Translations under genes and position numbers: made by a program
The notes under the pieces: model-generated
The model's input: only the letters and a program-made list of their open reading frames with translations
What the model was told of the DNA's origin: nothing
Database searches by the model: none
Source of the DNA: Planctomycetota bacterium
GTDB taxonomy: Bacteria > Planctomycetota > PLA2 > JAEUHO01
Direction: 5' to 3'
DNA length: 64,000 nt
NCBI GenBank assembly: GCA_029259775.1
Contig: JAJDEN010000014.1
Coordinates: 35,613 to 99,612, forward strand
In this document: positions 1 through 11,166 of the stretch, piece after piece
How positions within the stretch are numbered: the first letter of the stretch is position 1
Layout of the letters: the number at the start of each line of letters is the position of its first letter

Positions 1-211
1 TGGCGTTCCAGCCGTCGACGAGGCGCGCGCTCGGCAGCGCGTAGTAGGTCGCGTCGACCTCGACCGTGTCGAAGTGCTGGGCGTACACGCTCAGGAACGC
101 GCCCGGGGGCGTGAGCCGCGGATAGAACGGCCCGACCCAGTCCTTCGACGAGAAGGAGGAGGTCCCGAAGCGCACCAACGCCGCGGGATCGTAGAGCGCG
201 GTCTCGGCCAC
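1..211 (-). CDS. DUF72 (YecE/UPF0759) family protein, N-terminal part; CDS runs off the window start
   Basis: Minus-strand translation gives VAETALYDPAALVRFGTSSFSSKDWVGPFYPRLTPPGAFLSVYAQHFDTVEVDATYYALPS..., matching conserved DUF72 N-terminal motifs; GTG start at 209-211 inferred (TTG alternatives further in). Confidence 0.6.
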   Translation of the reverse strand, partial: MAETALYDPAALVRFGTSSFSSKDWVGPFYPRLTPPGAFLSVYAQHFDTVEVDATYYALPSARLVDGWNA

Positions 212-216
212 GTCTG

Positions 217-717
217 CTAGGGGGACACGTCGACGGTGATCGTGCCGAACGTCAGCGTGAAGCCCGCGTTGTTGTTGAAGAACCCCGCGGGATCGCCGCC
301 CGCCTGGAAGATGTCCGCCGTGTCGAAACTGAGCGCTCCGACGCAGTTCAGGATCTGCAACGCCGTGCCCTCGACACGCTGGTTGGCGGCGACGCCCTGG
401 CCGGCATCCAGATCGCCGCCGGCGACCGGCTGTTCGCCCGGGGTGCCGGCCGGCGGGGTAACGCCGAGGATCCCGTCCGGATCGTCGAAGAACGACAACC
501 CGCCTTCCAGGGTGATGTCCCACGGTGCGGCACGCGGCGGGCGGCGGTCCAGCCGGCGCGTGGCGTCCACCGTGGACGCTGCGGCGTCGGCCGCGATCTC
601 CTCCCGGACATCCTGCGCGACGGCCGGCGTCGCGGCGAAGGCCCAGCTCGCGATGAGGGCAACGAGCAGGCAGAGCCTGAGCGTGAAGTTCGACGAAGGT
701 CCCATGGAATCTCCCAC
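217..717 (-). CDS. secreted hypothetical protein (166 aa)
   Basis: ORF with N-terminal signal peptide (LRLCLLVALIASWAFAATPAVA); GGGAG-like RBS before ATG; no recognisable domain. Confidence 0.5.
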   Translation of the reverse strand: MGDSMGPSSNFTLRLCLLVALIASWAFAATPAVAQDVREEIAADAAASTVDATRRLDRRPPRAAPWDITLEGGLSFFDDPDGILGVTPPAGTPGEQPVAGGDLDAGQGVAANQRVEGTALQILNCVGALSFDTADIFQAGGDPAGFFNNNAGFTLTFGTITVDVSP

Positions 718-859
718 CCAATGAGCGGCCCGGAGGCCGCCGGGGATTCTAGCCCGGCGAGGTCCGGGACGGCAGGGTGGACCCGCGGGTCCCAGACCCT
801 TGGGATGTCATCTTCCGTGGGCGGCTTGAGCTCGCGCCGTCGTCGCACTGGAGCACGGC

Positions 860-1377
860 CTAGCGTCGGCGGCCGATCACCCGGCGGCTGCCGCTGTGGC
901 GGTGGCCGTGGTGCCCGTGCCCGTAGCTCCGGTGCCCGTAGCTGTGGCGCCCGTAGTGACGGCGCCCGTGGTGTCCGTGCCCGTGGTGGTATCCGAAGCC
1001 GAGGTGGAGGCGGGGCGCGTAGTAGGGGCGGTAGTAGCTCGGGTAGTACACGCGCGGTCCGTAGACGCGCCGGACGACGGGGCGACAGCTGACCCGCCGC
1101 ACGACGCGGCGGACGACCGGGCGCCGCTCGACGACGTGCCGCACGACGGGACGCGGCTGGACCACGCGCCGCACGTAGACCGGTCGCCGCTGGCGGCAGC
1201 CGAAGTCGACGCGGACGTTGAGGCCGAGGTCGGCCTGGAGGCCGTCTTCGACGGCGTCGTGGACGCCGGCGAACGGCATCGCGTGGGCGTCGTCGGCCGC
1301 TGCGAAGGCGAGCAGCCCGACAGCGAGGGCGCCGAGGGACAGTCGCTTGAGGGTCGATAGTGTGAGGGTGCGCATGG
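860..1377 (-). CDS. secreted low-complexity His/Arg/Tyr/Gly-rich repeat protein
   Basis: Start at internal Met (MRTLTLSTLKRLSLGALAVGLLAFAAADDAHA = signal peptide); mature part is RRPVV/RRVV repeats, YYRPYY and a HGHGHHGRRHYGRHSYGHRSYGHGHHGHRH tail; the ORF-track N-terminal extension has no signal peptide. Confidence 0.55.
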
Positions 1378-1551
1378 AGAGGTCCTTTCGTGGTCGCAAA
1401 AGGACCCGGGGTCTCGCCGGGTGAGCACCGGGTGCCAAGGCCCGCCAGCCTACCACCGGCGGGCGAGGGGGCACGGTCCCGGGACTGCTCGCGCCCGCCC
1501 CGGGGCGGGTGCTAGAAGATGGGGACCGGAAGTTTGCTGGAGAAAGTCGCC

Positions 1552-2439
1552 ATGCGCCTGTCGCTCATCGTTCTTGCCCTATCGCTCGCCCTCGTGGGGG
1601 CTCTCGTCGCCGCCCTGCCCGCCGAGGCGGCCGACGACTGGAGCCTGGCAGCCTTCCTGAAGCAGGAGTCGGGCTGGAAGGGTCACGGCGTCGGCAGCTC
1701 GATCACCGAGACGTCGACGACGCACATGCCCAACATGCCGAACATCCCCAACATGCCCAGCATCCCGGGCATGCCGAAGGACGGCAAGATGGTCAGCACG
1801 ACCAAGACGACCCTCAGCAAGATCACGAAGGACGGCTACGTGCTCGCGGTCGAGACGAGGTCGATGGGGCGCACGATCAAGAGCACCCAGACCGAGAAGC
1901 TCGCCAAGAACATCAAGCCCAAGTTCACCGACGGCGGCGAGGGCACGGTGAAGATCGGCGGCACGGACTACACCTGCAAGATCATGGTCGTGGCCAACAT
2001 GAAGGAACTCATGGATGGCTCGTTGCCGAGCGGTGGTGGGGGGCGCGGCGGGATGGCGCCGCAGATGGGCAAGGGCAAGCTCTACGTCCACGCCAAGCTC
2101 GGCGTACTCAAGATGGAGACGACCATGAGCGTCATGGGCCAGGCGGGGACCATGGTCCAGCAGACGACCAAGCTCGCGGCCACGCACAAGATCGGTGAGA
2201 AGACGTACGCCGGTCGCGAGATCACAACGACCGTCTCGTTCTCGATGGGCACGATCAAGTCGAGCAGCGTGACGTCGAACGCGCTCCCCATCCATTCGCT
2301 CAAGAAGGTCGCGAACTCCGAGATGATGGGGCGCAAGTCCAAGACCGTGACGGAGGTCAGCGCGTACGTGAAGAAGCCGCTGGCCGCGACGACCGGTGGC
2401 GTGCCCGCGAAGAAGCCCGCCAAGGAGCCCGCCAAGTAG
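1552..2439 (+). CDS. secreted Thr/Lys-rich protein with MPN(I/M)P hexapeptide repeats
   Basis: Start at Met 1552 (MRLSLIVLALSLALVGALVAALPAEA signal peptide); repeat HMPNMPNIPNMPSIPGMP; GC3-rich coding despite K/T-rich composition. Confidence 0.6.
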   Translation: MRLSLIVLALSLALVGALVAALPAEAADDWSLAAFLKQESGWKGHGVGSSITETSTTHMPNMPNIPNMPSIPGMPKDGKMVSTTKTTLSKITKDGYVLAVETRSMGRTIKSTQTEKLAKNIKPKFTDGGEGTVKIGGTDYTCKIMVVANMKELMDGSLPSGGGGRGGMAPQMGKGKLYVHAKLGVLKMETTMSVMGQAGTMVQQTTKLAATHKIGEKTYAGREITTTVSFSMGTIKSSSVTSNALPIHSLKKVANSEMMGRKSKTVTEVSAYVKKPLAATTGGVPAKKPAKEPAK

Positions 2440-2543
2440 CGCTCGCGCACCGATCCGCACCACCGACTTGCCCGCGTCCCCGCAGCGGATCTACCCTGGG
2501 GGGCCCGTTCTCGAACAGAGGACGGGCATCCGGAGGTCGACCG

Positions 2544-3680
2544 ATGCGCAAGCATGTGCTCACGGGGGCTGTTGCCCTGTTCCTTCTCCTCGTCTGGGGC
2601 GGCCTCGCCCCGGAGTCAGCGATCGCTGAGGACGGCGCCCACAAGGAGCGCGCGCCCAAGCCCGCGAAGCAGGGCATGGACGAGAAGCGTCGCGCCGGCG
2701 TCCTGCGCGGACTTGCCAACGGCGTGGAGGCGCTCGTGGCGCTCGGACGCAAGGAGGAGGCCGCGCATCTCCGGGAGATCTACGAGTCCGTGAAGCGCGG
2801 CGGGCCCGCCAAGGCGAAGAGGAAGGCGAAGCCCCACGGCGGTCATGCCGAGCGTCAAATCGCTGAGGGCTACGTCGAGTTGATGGGCTTGGCCGTTCGG
2901 ACGCTCGTGAAGGCGGGCAAGCACGACCGCGCGGAGGTCGTCGAGCACGGCAAGCACGCGCTCGAGCTGCGCCTGAAGGGCCGCCGCGACGACGAGGCGA
3001 TGAAGGTCTACAAGACGGCCCCGGCGCGGGGAGAGCAGGCGCGCGCCCTGTTCGTGGCTGCGGAGCTGCTCGCGGACCACGGCGACAAGAAGCACGCCGG
3101 GCTCCTCGCGGAGATCGCGCGCAGTTGGCTGAAGAAGAGCAAGGCGAGCGCGAAGCGTGAGCACGGATCGAAGGAGCGTGGATTCAAGGAGCACGCCGAC
3201 AAGAAGCGTTCGTCGTGGCAGGGCGAGGGCGACGAGGCCCTGGCCCAGCGCATCCGGATCCTGAAGATGGCGCTGCCTGCGCTGCGCGAGGGCGAGCGGG
3301 AGAAGGCGACGGCCATCCTGCAGCGCGGCATCGACGCAGGTCGCGTCATGCTCGCCAAGCGTGAGGACGACGAGGCGCGTGAGATGCTGGAGCGCACGCC
3401 GTCCTTGGGCGAGCTCGCCGAGGTGCTCCATCTCGCCTCGGACTTGTGGATGAAGTTCAAGGACAAGGAAAAGGCCCACAAGATCGCCGCGCTGGCGAAG
3501 TTCTACGCCAAGCGCTCGAAGGCGGGTCGCGCCGAGCGCGAGGTCCACGAACGTGAGGACCACGAGGAGCGAGAAGCCGACAAGCGCGGCCAAGCGATGC
3601 GGGAGCTCCACCAGCAGATGCGCGAGGTGCACGAGATGCTCGAGGACATGCAGCGTCGCTTGAAGAAGCTGAGCAAGTAG
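2544..3680 (+). CDS. secreted highly charged alpha-helical hypothetical protein (378 aa)
   Basis: GGAGG RBS 8 nt upstream; signal peptide MRKHVLTGAVALFLLLVWGGLAPESAIA; K/E/R/A-rich helical low-complexity body. Confidence 0.6.
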   Translation: MRKHVLTGAVALFLLLVWGGLAPESAIAEDGAHKERAPKPAKQGMDEKRRAGVLRGLANGVEALVALGRKEEAAHLREIYESVKRGGPAKAKRKAKPHGGHAERQIAEGYVELMGLAVRTLVKAGKHDRAEVVEHGKHALELRLKGRRDDEAMKVYKTAPARGEQARALFVAAELLADHGDKKHAGLLAEIARSWLKKSKASAKREHGSKERGFKEHADKKRSSWQGEGDEALAQRIRILKMALPALREGEREKATAILQRGIDAGRVMLAKREDDEAREMLERTPSLGELAEVLHLASDLWMKFKDKEKAHKIAALAKFYAKRSKAGRAEREVHEREDHEEREADKRGQAMRELHQQMREVHEMLEDMQRRLKKLSK

Positions 3681-3795
3681 CGGCAACTCCGCTCCTGCCT
3701 GGTGTGACGACCCGTCCGCGCGGACACGCGCCCACGAAGCCCGAGGGCGACCACAAGGATCGCCCCTACCCGGTGTGCCTGCGCCGCAGGCACAC

Positions 3796-5145
3796 CTACA
3801 TCAACACCAAGAAGCAGAACGCGATGATCAGCAGCGAGCCGATGATGTCGTTCATCGTCGTGAGCAGCGGATGCGTCGCCACCGCCGGGTCCACACCCAC
3901 CCTGTCCAGGAAGAGCGGCGTCAACACACCGAACAACGTTCCCAGGCAGATCGTGCCGAAGATCGCGAACGCGGCGATCCACGCCACATTCGTGCTCTCG
4001 TGGTCCATGATCGCCGCCGTACACCACACGAGTACGCCCGTGCCTGCCGCCAAGACGATGCCGACCAGCACCTCCTTGCGCACCACGGGCCACACGCCGC
4101 CCAGGCCGATGCGGCCCAGCGCGAGCGAGCGCACGGTCACGGTCGCGGTCTGCGTCGCGCAACCGCCACCCATGCCCATGATCACGGGGATGAAGATGAA
4201 CAGCTTGCCCGCGTCCTTCAGCAACTCGTCGCCGGCATTGATGATCACGGCCGCGAGGATGCCGCCGAAGAACGTGGCGAGCAACCACGGCGAGCGGGCC
4301 CGCAGCGCGTTCGCGACGCCCGGCTCGTAGATCTCCTCTGCCGCCGTACCCGCGGCGCGCGCGATGTCCTCCGTCGCCTCCTCGACGACGACATCCACGA
4401 TGTCATCGATCAAGATGCGGCCGAGCAGGTGGTCTTCCTCGTCGACCACGGGCACCGACGACAGGTCGTAGTCCTGGACGAGGCTCGCGATGTCTTCCTG
4501 GTCCATGTCTGCGGCGACGCGGATGGGTACCGGCGAGGTGATCGCCGCGATCGGCGTGTCGTCCTCGGCCAGGATCAGCGCGCGCTCCTTGACCCAGCCC
4601 TTGAGCCGGCCCGCGTCGTCCACGACGAAGATCTCATGCAGCTCGCCGACGTCGTCGCGCGTCCGGCGGATCTCCTCGACCGCGCTTCGGGCCCTCTGCC
4701 GCAGGCGCACCCGCACCAGCTCCGTCTGCATGATGCCGCCCGCGGACTCGGGCGGATACTCGAGCAGCGTCCGGATCTCGGCGCGGTCCTCAGGCTCGAT
4801 CTCCGCGAGGACTTCGTCCTTGGCGGCCTGTTCCATGGCCTGCAAGACGTCCGCGGCGTCGTCCGTCTGCATCTCCTCGAGGACGTCGGCCGCTTCCGCC
4901 CGTGCCATGTCCTCGAGGACGTCGGCCGCTTCCGACTCTTCCATGCCGGCGAGCACGTCGGCCTGCTCGACCTTGCCAACGATCGCCTGGAAGGCGCGTG
5001 CGCGGTCCGCGGGCGTCTTCAAGGCCTCGATCAGGTCTGCGATCTCCGGCGGCTGGAGCAAGACCAGGAAACGGCGCAGGTCGTCCTTGGATCCATGGCG
5101 GACCAAGCGCTCGAGCGCGGTGAGGCTGGCGGATTCGCTGGGCAT
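3796..5145 (-). CDS. mgtE: magnesium transporter MgtE
   Basis: MgtE N-domain, tandem CBS region and C-terminal MgtE TM domain (…GGILAAVIINAGDELL…IPVIMGMGGGCATQTATV…); 449 aa. Confidence 0.9.
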   Translation of the reverse strand: MPSESASLTALERLVRHGSKDDLRRFLVLLQPPEIADLIEALKTPADRARAFQAIVGKVEQADVLAGMEESEAADVLEDMARAEAADVLEEMQTDDAADVLQAMEQAAKDEVLAEIEPEDRAEIRTLLEYPPESAGGIMQTELVRVRLRQRARSAVEEIRRTRDDVGELHEIFVVDDAGRLKGWVKERALILAEDDTPIAAITSPVPIRVAADMDQEDIASLVQDYDLSSVPVVDEEDHLLGRILIDDIVDVVVEEATEDIARAAGTAAEEIYEPGVANALRARSPWLLATFFGGILAAVIINAGDELLKDAGKLFIFIPVIMGMGGGCATQTATVTVRSLALGRIGLGGVWPVVRKEVLVGIVLAAGTGVLVWCTAAIMDHESTNVAWIAAFAIFGTICLGTLFGVLTPLFLDRVGVDPAVATHPLLTTMNDIIGSLLIIAFCFLVLM

Positions 5146-5169
5146 GTGGGCCTTGCCATGGGGGAAGCG

Positions 5170-6645
<1,476 letters not shown>

Positions 6646-6725
6646 GGACGATCCTCCCGTGCGTCGTGCGACGCGCGGTTCGAAGGGTACCCTCGGCACG
6701 TCCTGACGCGACCTGAGGCCCCTGC

Positions 6726-7364
6726 GTGAACCCTTCGTCGATCAACTACGAGCACCTGTGCGCCGCCTTGGCGCTCGAAGCCTTCGACGGGCGCGGGGCC
6801 CAGGGCCCCATGGAGCCCCTGCACCGAGGCGCTCCGCGGCCCGGCGTTCGTTCCGAGGCGCCGAGGGACGCGGCGGCACTCGCCTTCGTGTTCGAGCGTG
6901 GCGGCCGGTTGCACCTGCCGCTCACGCTCCGGCACGCGGACTTGCGGGAGCACCGTGGCCAGGTTGCCCTGCCGGGCGGGCGTCCGGATACGGGCGAGTC
7001 CCTCCGGCAGACGGCCTGGCGCGAGGCGCAGGAGGAGATCGGCCTGGTCGAGACGGGGGCGCAGGATCTCGGCGTCCTGACCCCGGTCTACATCCCGGTC
7101 TCGCACACGCGCCTGCATGTGCACGTGGCGCACGGTCCCGATCCGGGCGCCCTGCGGGCCAACCCGGGCGAGGTCGAGCAGGTGGAGGTCGTGGCGGTGG
7201 CCGATCTGTTGGATCCGGCCCGGCGAGCGCGGCGGGACCTGGCGATCGGCGAGCGCGTGGTGGACGTGCCGTACTTCGACGTCGGCGGCCTGTTCGTGTG
7301 GGGCGCGACGGCGATGGCGTTGAGCGAGCTGGCCGAGCGACTGCGGGTCGTCGTGGGGGCTTGA
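6726..7364 (+). CDS. NUDIX hydrolase (CoA pyrophosphatase NudL-like)
   Basis: Nudix box LPGGRPDTGESLRQTAWREAQEEIGL; GTG start per ORF track. Confidence 0.75.
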   Translation: MNPSSINYEHLCAALALEAFDGRGAQGPMEPLHRGAPRPGVRSEAPRDAAALAFVFERGGRLHLPLTLRHADLREHRGQVALPGGRPDTGESLRQTAWREAQEEIGLVETGAQDLGVLTPVYIPVSHTRLHVHVAHGPDPGALRANPGEVEQVEVVAVADLLDPARRARRDLAIGERVVDVPYFDVGGLFVWGATAMALSELAERLRVVVGA

Positions 7365-7446
7365 TCCGGATGGGCCGCCAACTGATCCGGCTCCGCCCGC
7401 GCTCAGGCTGCCCCTACGGCGCCCTGTAGAGACCGCCCACGCCGAC

Positions 7447-8148
7447 CTAGCGACCTTCGAGCCGGTCCAGGCGGTCCGTGAGATCCAGCACCTGCTGCTC
7501 GAGCTCCTCGACGCGCCGTTCCAGGTTGAGGTCATCGGCCGTGGGGATGGAGGGCGGAGGTGCGAGTGCGGATGCGGGTGGGGTCGCGGGTGCAGGTGTG
7601 GGAGCAGGTGTGTGGGGCGACGTGGAAGGCGACGTGGGCAAGGAGGCTTCCGCCTCCTTGCCGAGCAGGTGGCACCAGCGGGCCTGGCGCTCGCGAGGCG
7701 CACGCGGCAGCAGCTTCACGTAGGGCACGGGCCGCGCAGCCATCTCCCGCAGCCGGTCCTCGACCTCGGCCGGGCTGTCGAACGGATGCATGCGCGTACA
7801 GCGCGTCTTGAGCGCCCCCGGCGCCTGCGGCCCGCGGCAGAGCAACTCGCTCAGGATCGCCAGATCCTCGACCTCAAGGGCGAGTTGGGTCTTGGCCTCG
7901 TGGGCGTAGCGCATCGTCCGCGAGCCCATCGACTCGCGCCGCGTGACCCAGTCTCGGTCCATCAACGAGCGGATGGCCCCCTCGACGTCGTAGTCCTCGA
8001 CGGACATGACGGGGTCGCGATTGCTCTTCTGGTTGCACGCCGCCACAAGCGCGTTGATCGTCAGCGGGTAGCCGTCCGGCACGGTCAGCTGCTTCTCGAT
8101 CAGCGCGCCGACAATGCGCTGCTGCAGGGTGTCGAGCTCGATCGCCAC
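7447..8148 (-). CDS. yceH: YceH/DUF480 (UPF0502) family protein
   Basis: N-terminal IVGALIEKQLTVPDGYPLTINALVAACNQKSNRDPVM is the DUF480 signature; Pro/Ala-rich linker and C-terminal coiled coil. Confidence 0.8.
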   Translation of the reverse strand: MAIELDTLQQRIVGALIEKQLTVPDGYPLTINALVAACNQKSNRDPVMSVEDYDVEGAIRSLMDRDWVTRRESMGSRTMRYAHEAKTQLALEVEDLAILSELLCRGPQAPGALKTRCTRMHPFDSPAEVEDRLREMAARPVPYVKLLPRAPRERQARWCHLLGKEAEASLPTSPSTSPHTPAPTPAPATPPASALAPPPSIPTADDLNLERRVEELEQQVLDLTDRLDRLEGR

Positions 8149-9296
8149 TACGCCCCCTCCTCGCTGTCACGGCCGTTGATGTCGCCGCCCTCGACGTCCT
8201 GGCCTTCCAGGTAGTGTTCCTCGCCGGACAGCAGCAGGCCTTCGAGAACGTAGGACTCCGCCGTGCGCTTGGGCCCCGGCATGCGCAGCGACGTGCGGTA
8301 CTGCGCCTTCACGCGACGCGTGCGGAACGAGGAGTAGAGCGCCTTCGGATCCTCGATCAGCGGGCGCAGCGTGCCCTTCTCGAAGCCCAGGTAGCGAGCG
8401 ACCTCATCCGGGCCGACGACGTCGCTGCCTTCGGCCGCCATCTGCTGGCGCACCTTCTCCAGATCCTCGGTGGCAAGGTCGAAGATGAACTCCTCGAACG
8501 CCTGCACGCGGAACTCGCTCATCTCCGCGTCGGCAAACCACTCGACGAAGCGTGCGTCGCAGTCCTGGAACAGCAGGCTCGCGATCTCGCTCGCGCCCAT
8601 CAGCGTGCCGAACACGCGCGGGGCACGGCAGCGCGCGACCCAGGCCGAGCGCAGGAGCGGGCAGAAGCGGTACGTCGCGAAGCCCACGCGGCCTTCCCAG
8701 AGCTCCATGATCTGGATGATCGCGAGGCGCTTCACCTGGGGATCCATGGTGCTGGACGTCACGAACGAGGCGTAGAGCTCCTCGGCCAGCCGCGTGTAGA
8801 CGGCCTCCTCGATGGCCTCCCGCACGCTGGTCAGCAGATCCACCGCGCGCTCGTCGTTGGCGCGCTCGAAGGCGTAGCGCAGCGAGGTCCAGAAGTTCAC
8901 CTTGGCGATGCCGAACGTGCGCGAGAGGAGCGCCTTGGTCGGGAGGGTCCACTCGAGACCGTGCTCGCCGGCCTCCAGCAGGTTGCGCATCAGCGTCTCG
9001 CCCGAGCGGACGATGCCGCCGAGCTTCACCCGGTCGTGGAGCGACGGATAGCTGTCCAGCGCCGTGGCGATCGAGCCCAGGCCGCGGAACCCCTGGGCGA
9101 GGGCGTTGAACACGTCGCGGGTGACCTCGGTGTTGCCACGACGGCAGAAGGCCTGCAGGCGCTCGATCAGGGCCACCTCGCGGTTGGTGAACACCTGCTT
9201 GAGCGTCAGCTCGTGATGCAGCGTGTAGCAGCCGCTCTCATCGAGGGGATCGATGGGCGGGCCTGAGGCATCGTTCGGCAATTCCTGGCTCGCCAT
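8148..9296 (-). CDS. hypothetical protein (383 aa), stop overlaps the yceH start
   Basis: Start chosen at Met MASQELP… (9296); the ORF-track 5' extension overlaps the lipoprotein gene promoter region; no recognisable domain. Confidence 0.55.
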   Translation of the reverse strand: MASQELPNDASGPPIDPLDESGCYTLHHELTLKQVFTNREVALIERLQAFCRRGNTEVTRDVFNALAQGFRGLGSIATALDSYPSLHDRVKLGGIVRSGETLMRNLLEAGEHGLEWTLPTKALLSRTFGIAKVNFWTSLRYAFERANDERAVDLLTSVREAIEEAVYTRLAEELYASFVTSSTMDPQVKRLAIIQIMELWEGRVGFATYRFCPLLRSAWVARCRAPRVFGTLMGASEIASLLFQDCDARFVEWFADAEMSEFRVQAFEEFIFDLATEDLEKVRQQMAAEGSDVVGPDEVARYLGFEKGTLRPLIEDPKALYSSFRTRRVKAQYRTSLRMPGPKRTAESYVLEGLLLSGEEHYLEGQDVEGGDINGRDSEEGA

Positions 9297-9577
9297 GACG
9301 GGACCTTCAAGCGGGCACCGGGCGCTCCGCGGGACGCGGCGGATCCTACCGCAGAGTGGGGCGGGAAGCCCGCCCGAGCCGTCCGTGACGCGGCGATGAC
9401 GCAGAAGGGCGGGCGGCATGCCCATCAAACCCAAACCGTTGCCGTGGGCGGGCTTCCGCCCGGGTCGCTGAGGTGGTAGAAATCGGGCTCCCCTGGGAGG
9501 GGGCCATGGGACCGTCGCTGGAACGCGGAGACTCCGCGGGCGACGATTCCGGACCTGACGGTCAAAGGAGGACGAGG

Positions 9578-10282
9578 ATGCGCACGATCGCACTGGCACT
9601 CATGGCGACGGCCGCGATCGCCCTCATGGGCTGTGCTTCGAACACGGAGCGGGTGACGGGCAACGCCTGGGGCATCCCGAAGGATCTCCCGGACAACCCC
9701 AATCCGAACAAGCGCTACTGCAAGAAGTACGTCGAGCCCACGTACCGCATGGTCCCCAAGCTCTGCAAGGTGGACGCCGGCGGGATGAAGTCCGAGTGCA
9801 TCACCGTGATGAAGACGACGGCCGAAGAGGTCTGCGTCCAGCCGTCCACGACGCGCACCGTCCAGGGCTGCGACGTCCGCTGCGAGAAGACGGCCGTGCA
9901 GGTCAAGCCCGGCGGCAACCGCTGGGAGAAGGACTGCAACGGCTGCTGGCAGTACGTCTACCGGGCGCCTGAGTACAAGTGGTGCGACAAGACGCGGCAG
10001 GAAGAGGGCATCAAGTTCTGCTACGACACGCCGGCTGAGTACAAGACCGTCGTGACGAGCACGCCCGTCCAGCGCACGCGCAAGACGTACGTACCGCCGA
10101 AGTACGAGGTCAAGTGGGTCAAGGAGGTCTACACCCCCGGCCACTGCGAGTGGGTCGAGGGCGATGGCTGTGGCAAGACGTGCGACACGCGCGGTGCCAA
10201 GAACTACACGACCAAGCGCGTCCGCTCCCGCAACTGCCCCGCGCCCAAGGCGCTGGACTGTGGTTGCCCCAAAACGAACTAG
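9578..10282 (+). CDS. cysteine-rich lipoprotein (17 Cys in mature part)
   Basis: AAAGGAGG RBS; lipoprotein signal MRTIALALMATAAIALMGC (lipobox LMGC); repeated C-x-K/E motifs. Confidence 0.65.
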   Translation: MRTIALALMATAAIALMGCASNTERVTGNAWGIPKDLPDNPNPNKRYCKKYVEPTYRMVPKLCKVDAGGMKSECITVMKTTAEEVCVQPSTTRTVQGCDVRCEKTAVQVKPGGNRWEKDCNGCWQYVYRAPEYKWCDKTRQEEGIKFCYDTPAEYKTVVTSTPVQRTRKTYVPPKYEVKWVKEVYTPGHCEWVEGDGCGKTCDTRGAKNYTTKRVRSRNCPAPKALDCGCPKTN

Positions 10283-10560
10283 GGTTCGTACGCCGGTCGA
10301 TCCTCTCGCTGCGTCAGGCCCCCCGCCGGATCGTGATCCTCAACGGGGCAGACCCCGCCTGCGGTCCCGATCCAGCCGTGGGCTCCGGCTCGCTTCGGTC
10401 TCGCCCAGCGCGCGGGGACGGGGAATGCCGCTCGGCGTCGGTCTGGTCCCCGGGCGCGTCGGACGAACTGGGTACAGATTCCGGCTAGGTCTGGGGCAAC
10501 GCTTTTGTATGCTCACGGGCCGGTGAGGCGGATCTCACCGCCGATCCCCAGGAGAGCCAC

Positions 10561-10920
10561 ATGACCCACGTCGTCACCGGTCGTTGCGTCGACTGCCGCT
10601 ACACCTACTGCGTCGTCGAGTGCCCTGTCAGCTGCTTCTGGGAGATCAAGGATCCCGCCATGCTCGTGATCGATCCGAACACGTGCATCGACTGCGAAGC
10701 CTGCATCCCGGCCTGCCCGGTCAACGCCATCTGGCCCGACCACGAGACGCCCCCCGAGTACGCCGAGTGGGAGCAGCAGAACGCCGACACCTGGGAGAGT
10801 GGCGAGAACATCACCGAGGGGTCCGATCCCCTCGACTCGGCCAAGCTGCTGGAAGAGATCCAGGAAGAAGAGCAGGCCAAGGGCTGGGACATCGCCGAGC
10901 CGAGCAAGGCGGCGGACTAG
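10561..10920 (+). CDS. fdxA: 7Fe ferredoxin (FdxA type)
   Basis: MTHVVTGRCVDCRYTYCVVECPVSCF… two Cys clusters CxxCxxxxCxxxCP / CxxCxxCxxxCP; close to Azotobacter-type FdxA. Confidence 0.9.
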   Translation: MTHVVTGRCVDCRYTYCVVECPVSCFWEIKDPAMLVIDPNTCIDCEACIPACPVNAIWPDHETPPEYAEWEQQNADTWESGENITEGSDPLDSAKLLEEIQEEEQAKGWDIAEPSKAAD

Positions 10921-10945
10921 GTCAGCCCGCTGCGCGGGCTGACCG
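10921..10945 (+). terminator. stem-loop directly after the fdxA stop
   Basis: gtcagcccgc-tgcg-gcgggctgac perfect 10-bp inverted repeat; no T-run (GC-rich genome). Confidence 0.5.
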
Positions 10946-10947
10946 TG

Positions 10948-11161
10948 GTAGGGGCGACCCTTGTGGTCGCCCGGGACGCCACCTCCGTCGTGTGCCCTTA
11001 CGCGTAGGGGCGACCCTTGTGGTCGCCCACGCGCTTCGTGAGCGCGTGTCCGTGTCGGTGTCCGTGTGACGGTGCAAGAAGGGCGGGCACAAGGCCCGCC
11101 CCTACATGGTAAGTCCCGACGTGGCAGAACGCGCTCGGGCGGGCACAAGGCCCGCCCCTAC
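10948..11161. repeat. cluster of four REP-like palindromes between convergent fdxA and pepN
   Basis: GTAGGGGCGACCCTTGTGGTCGCCC at 10948-10972 and 11004-11028; inverse-orientation GGGCGGGCACAAGGCCCGCCCCTAC at 11081-11105 and 11137-11161; GTGTCCGTGTCGGTGTCCGTG hexamer run at 11046-11068. Confidence 0.8.
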
Positions 11162-11166
11162 CCGGC

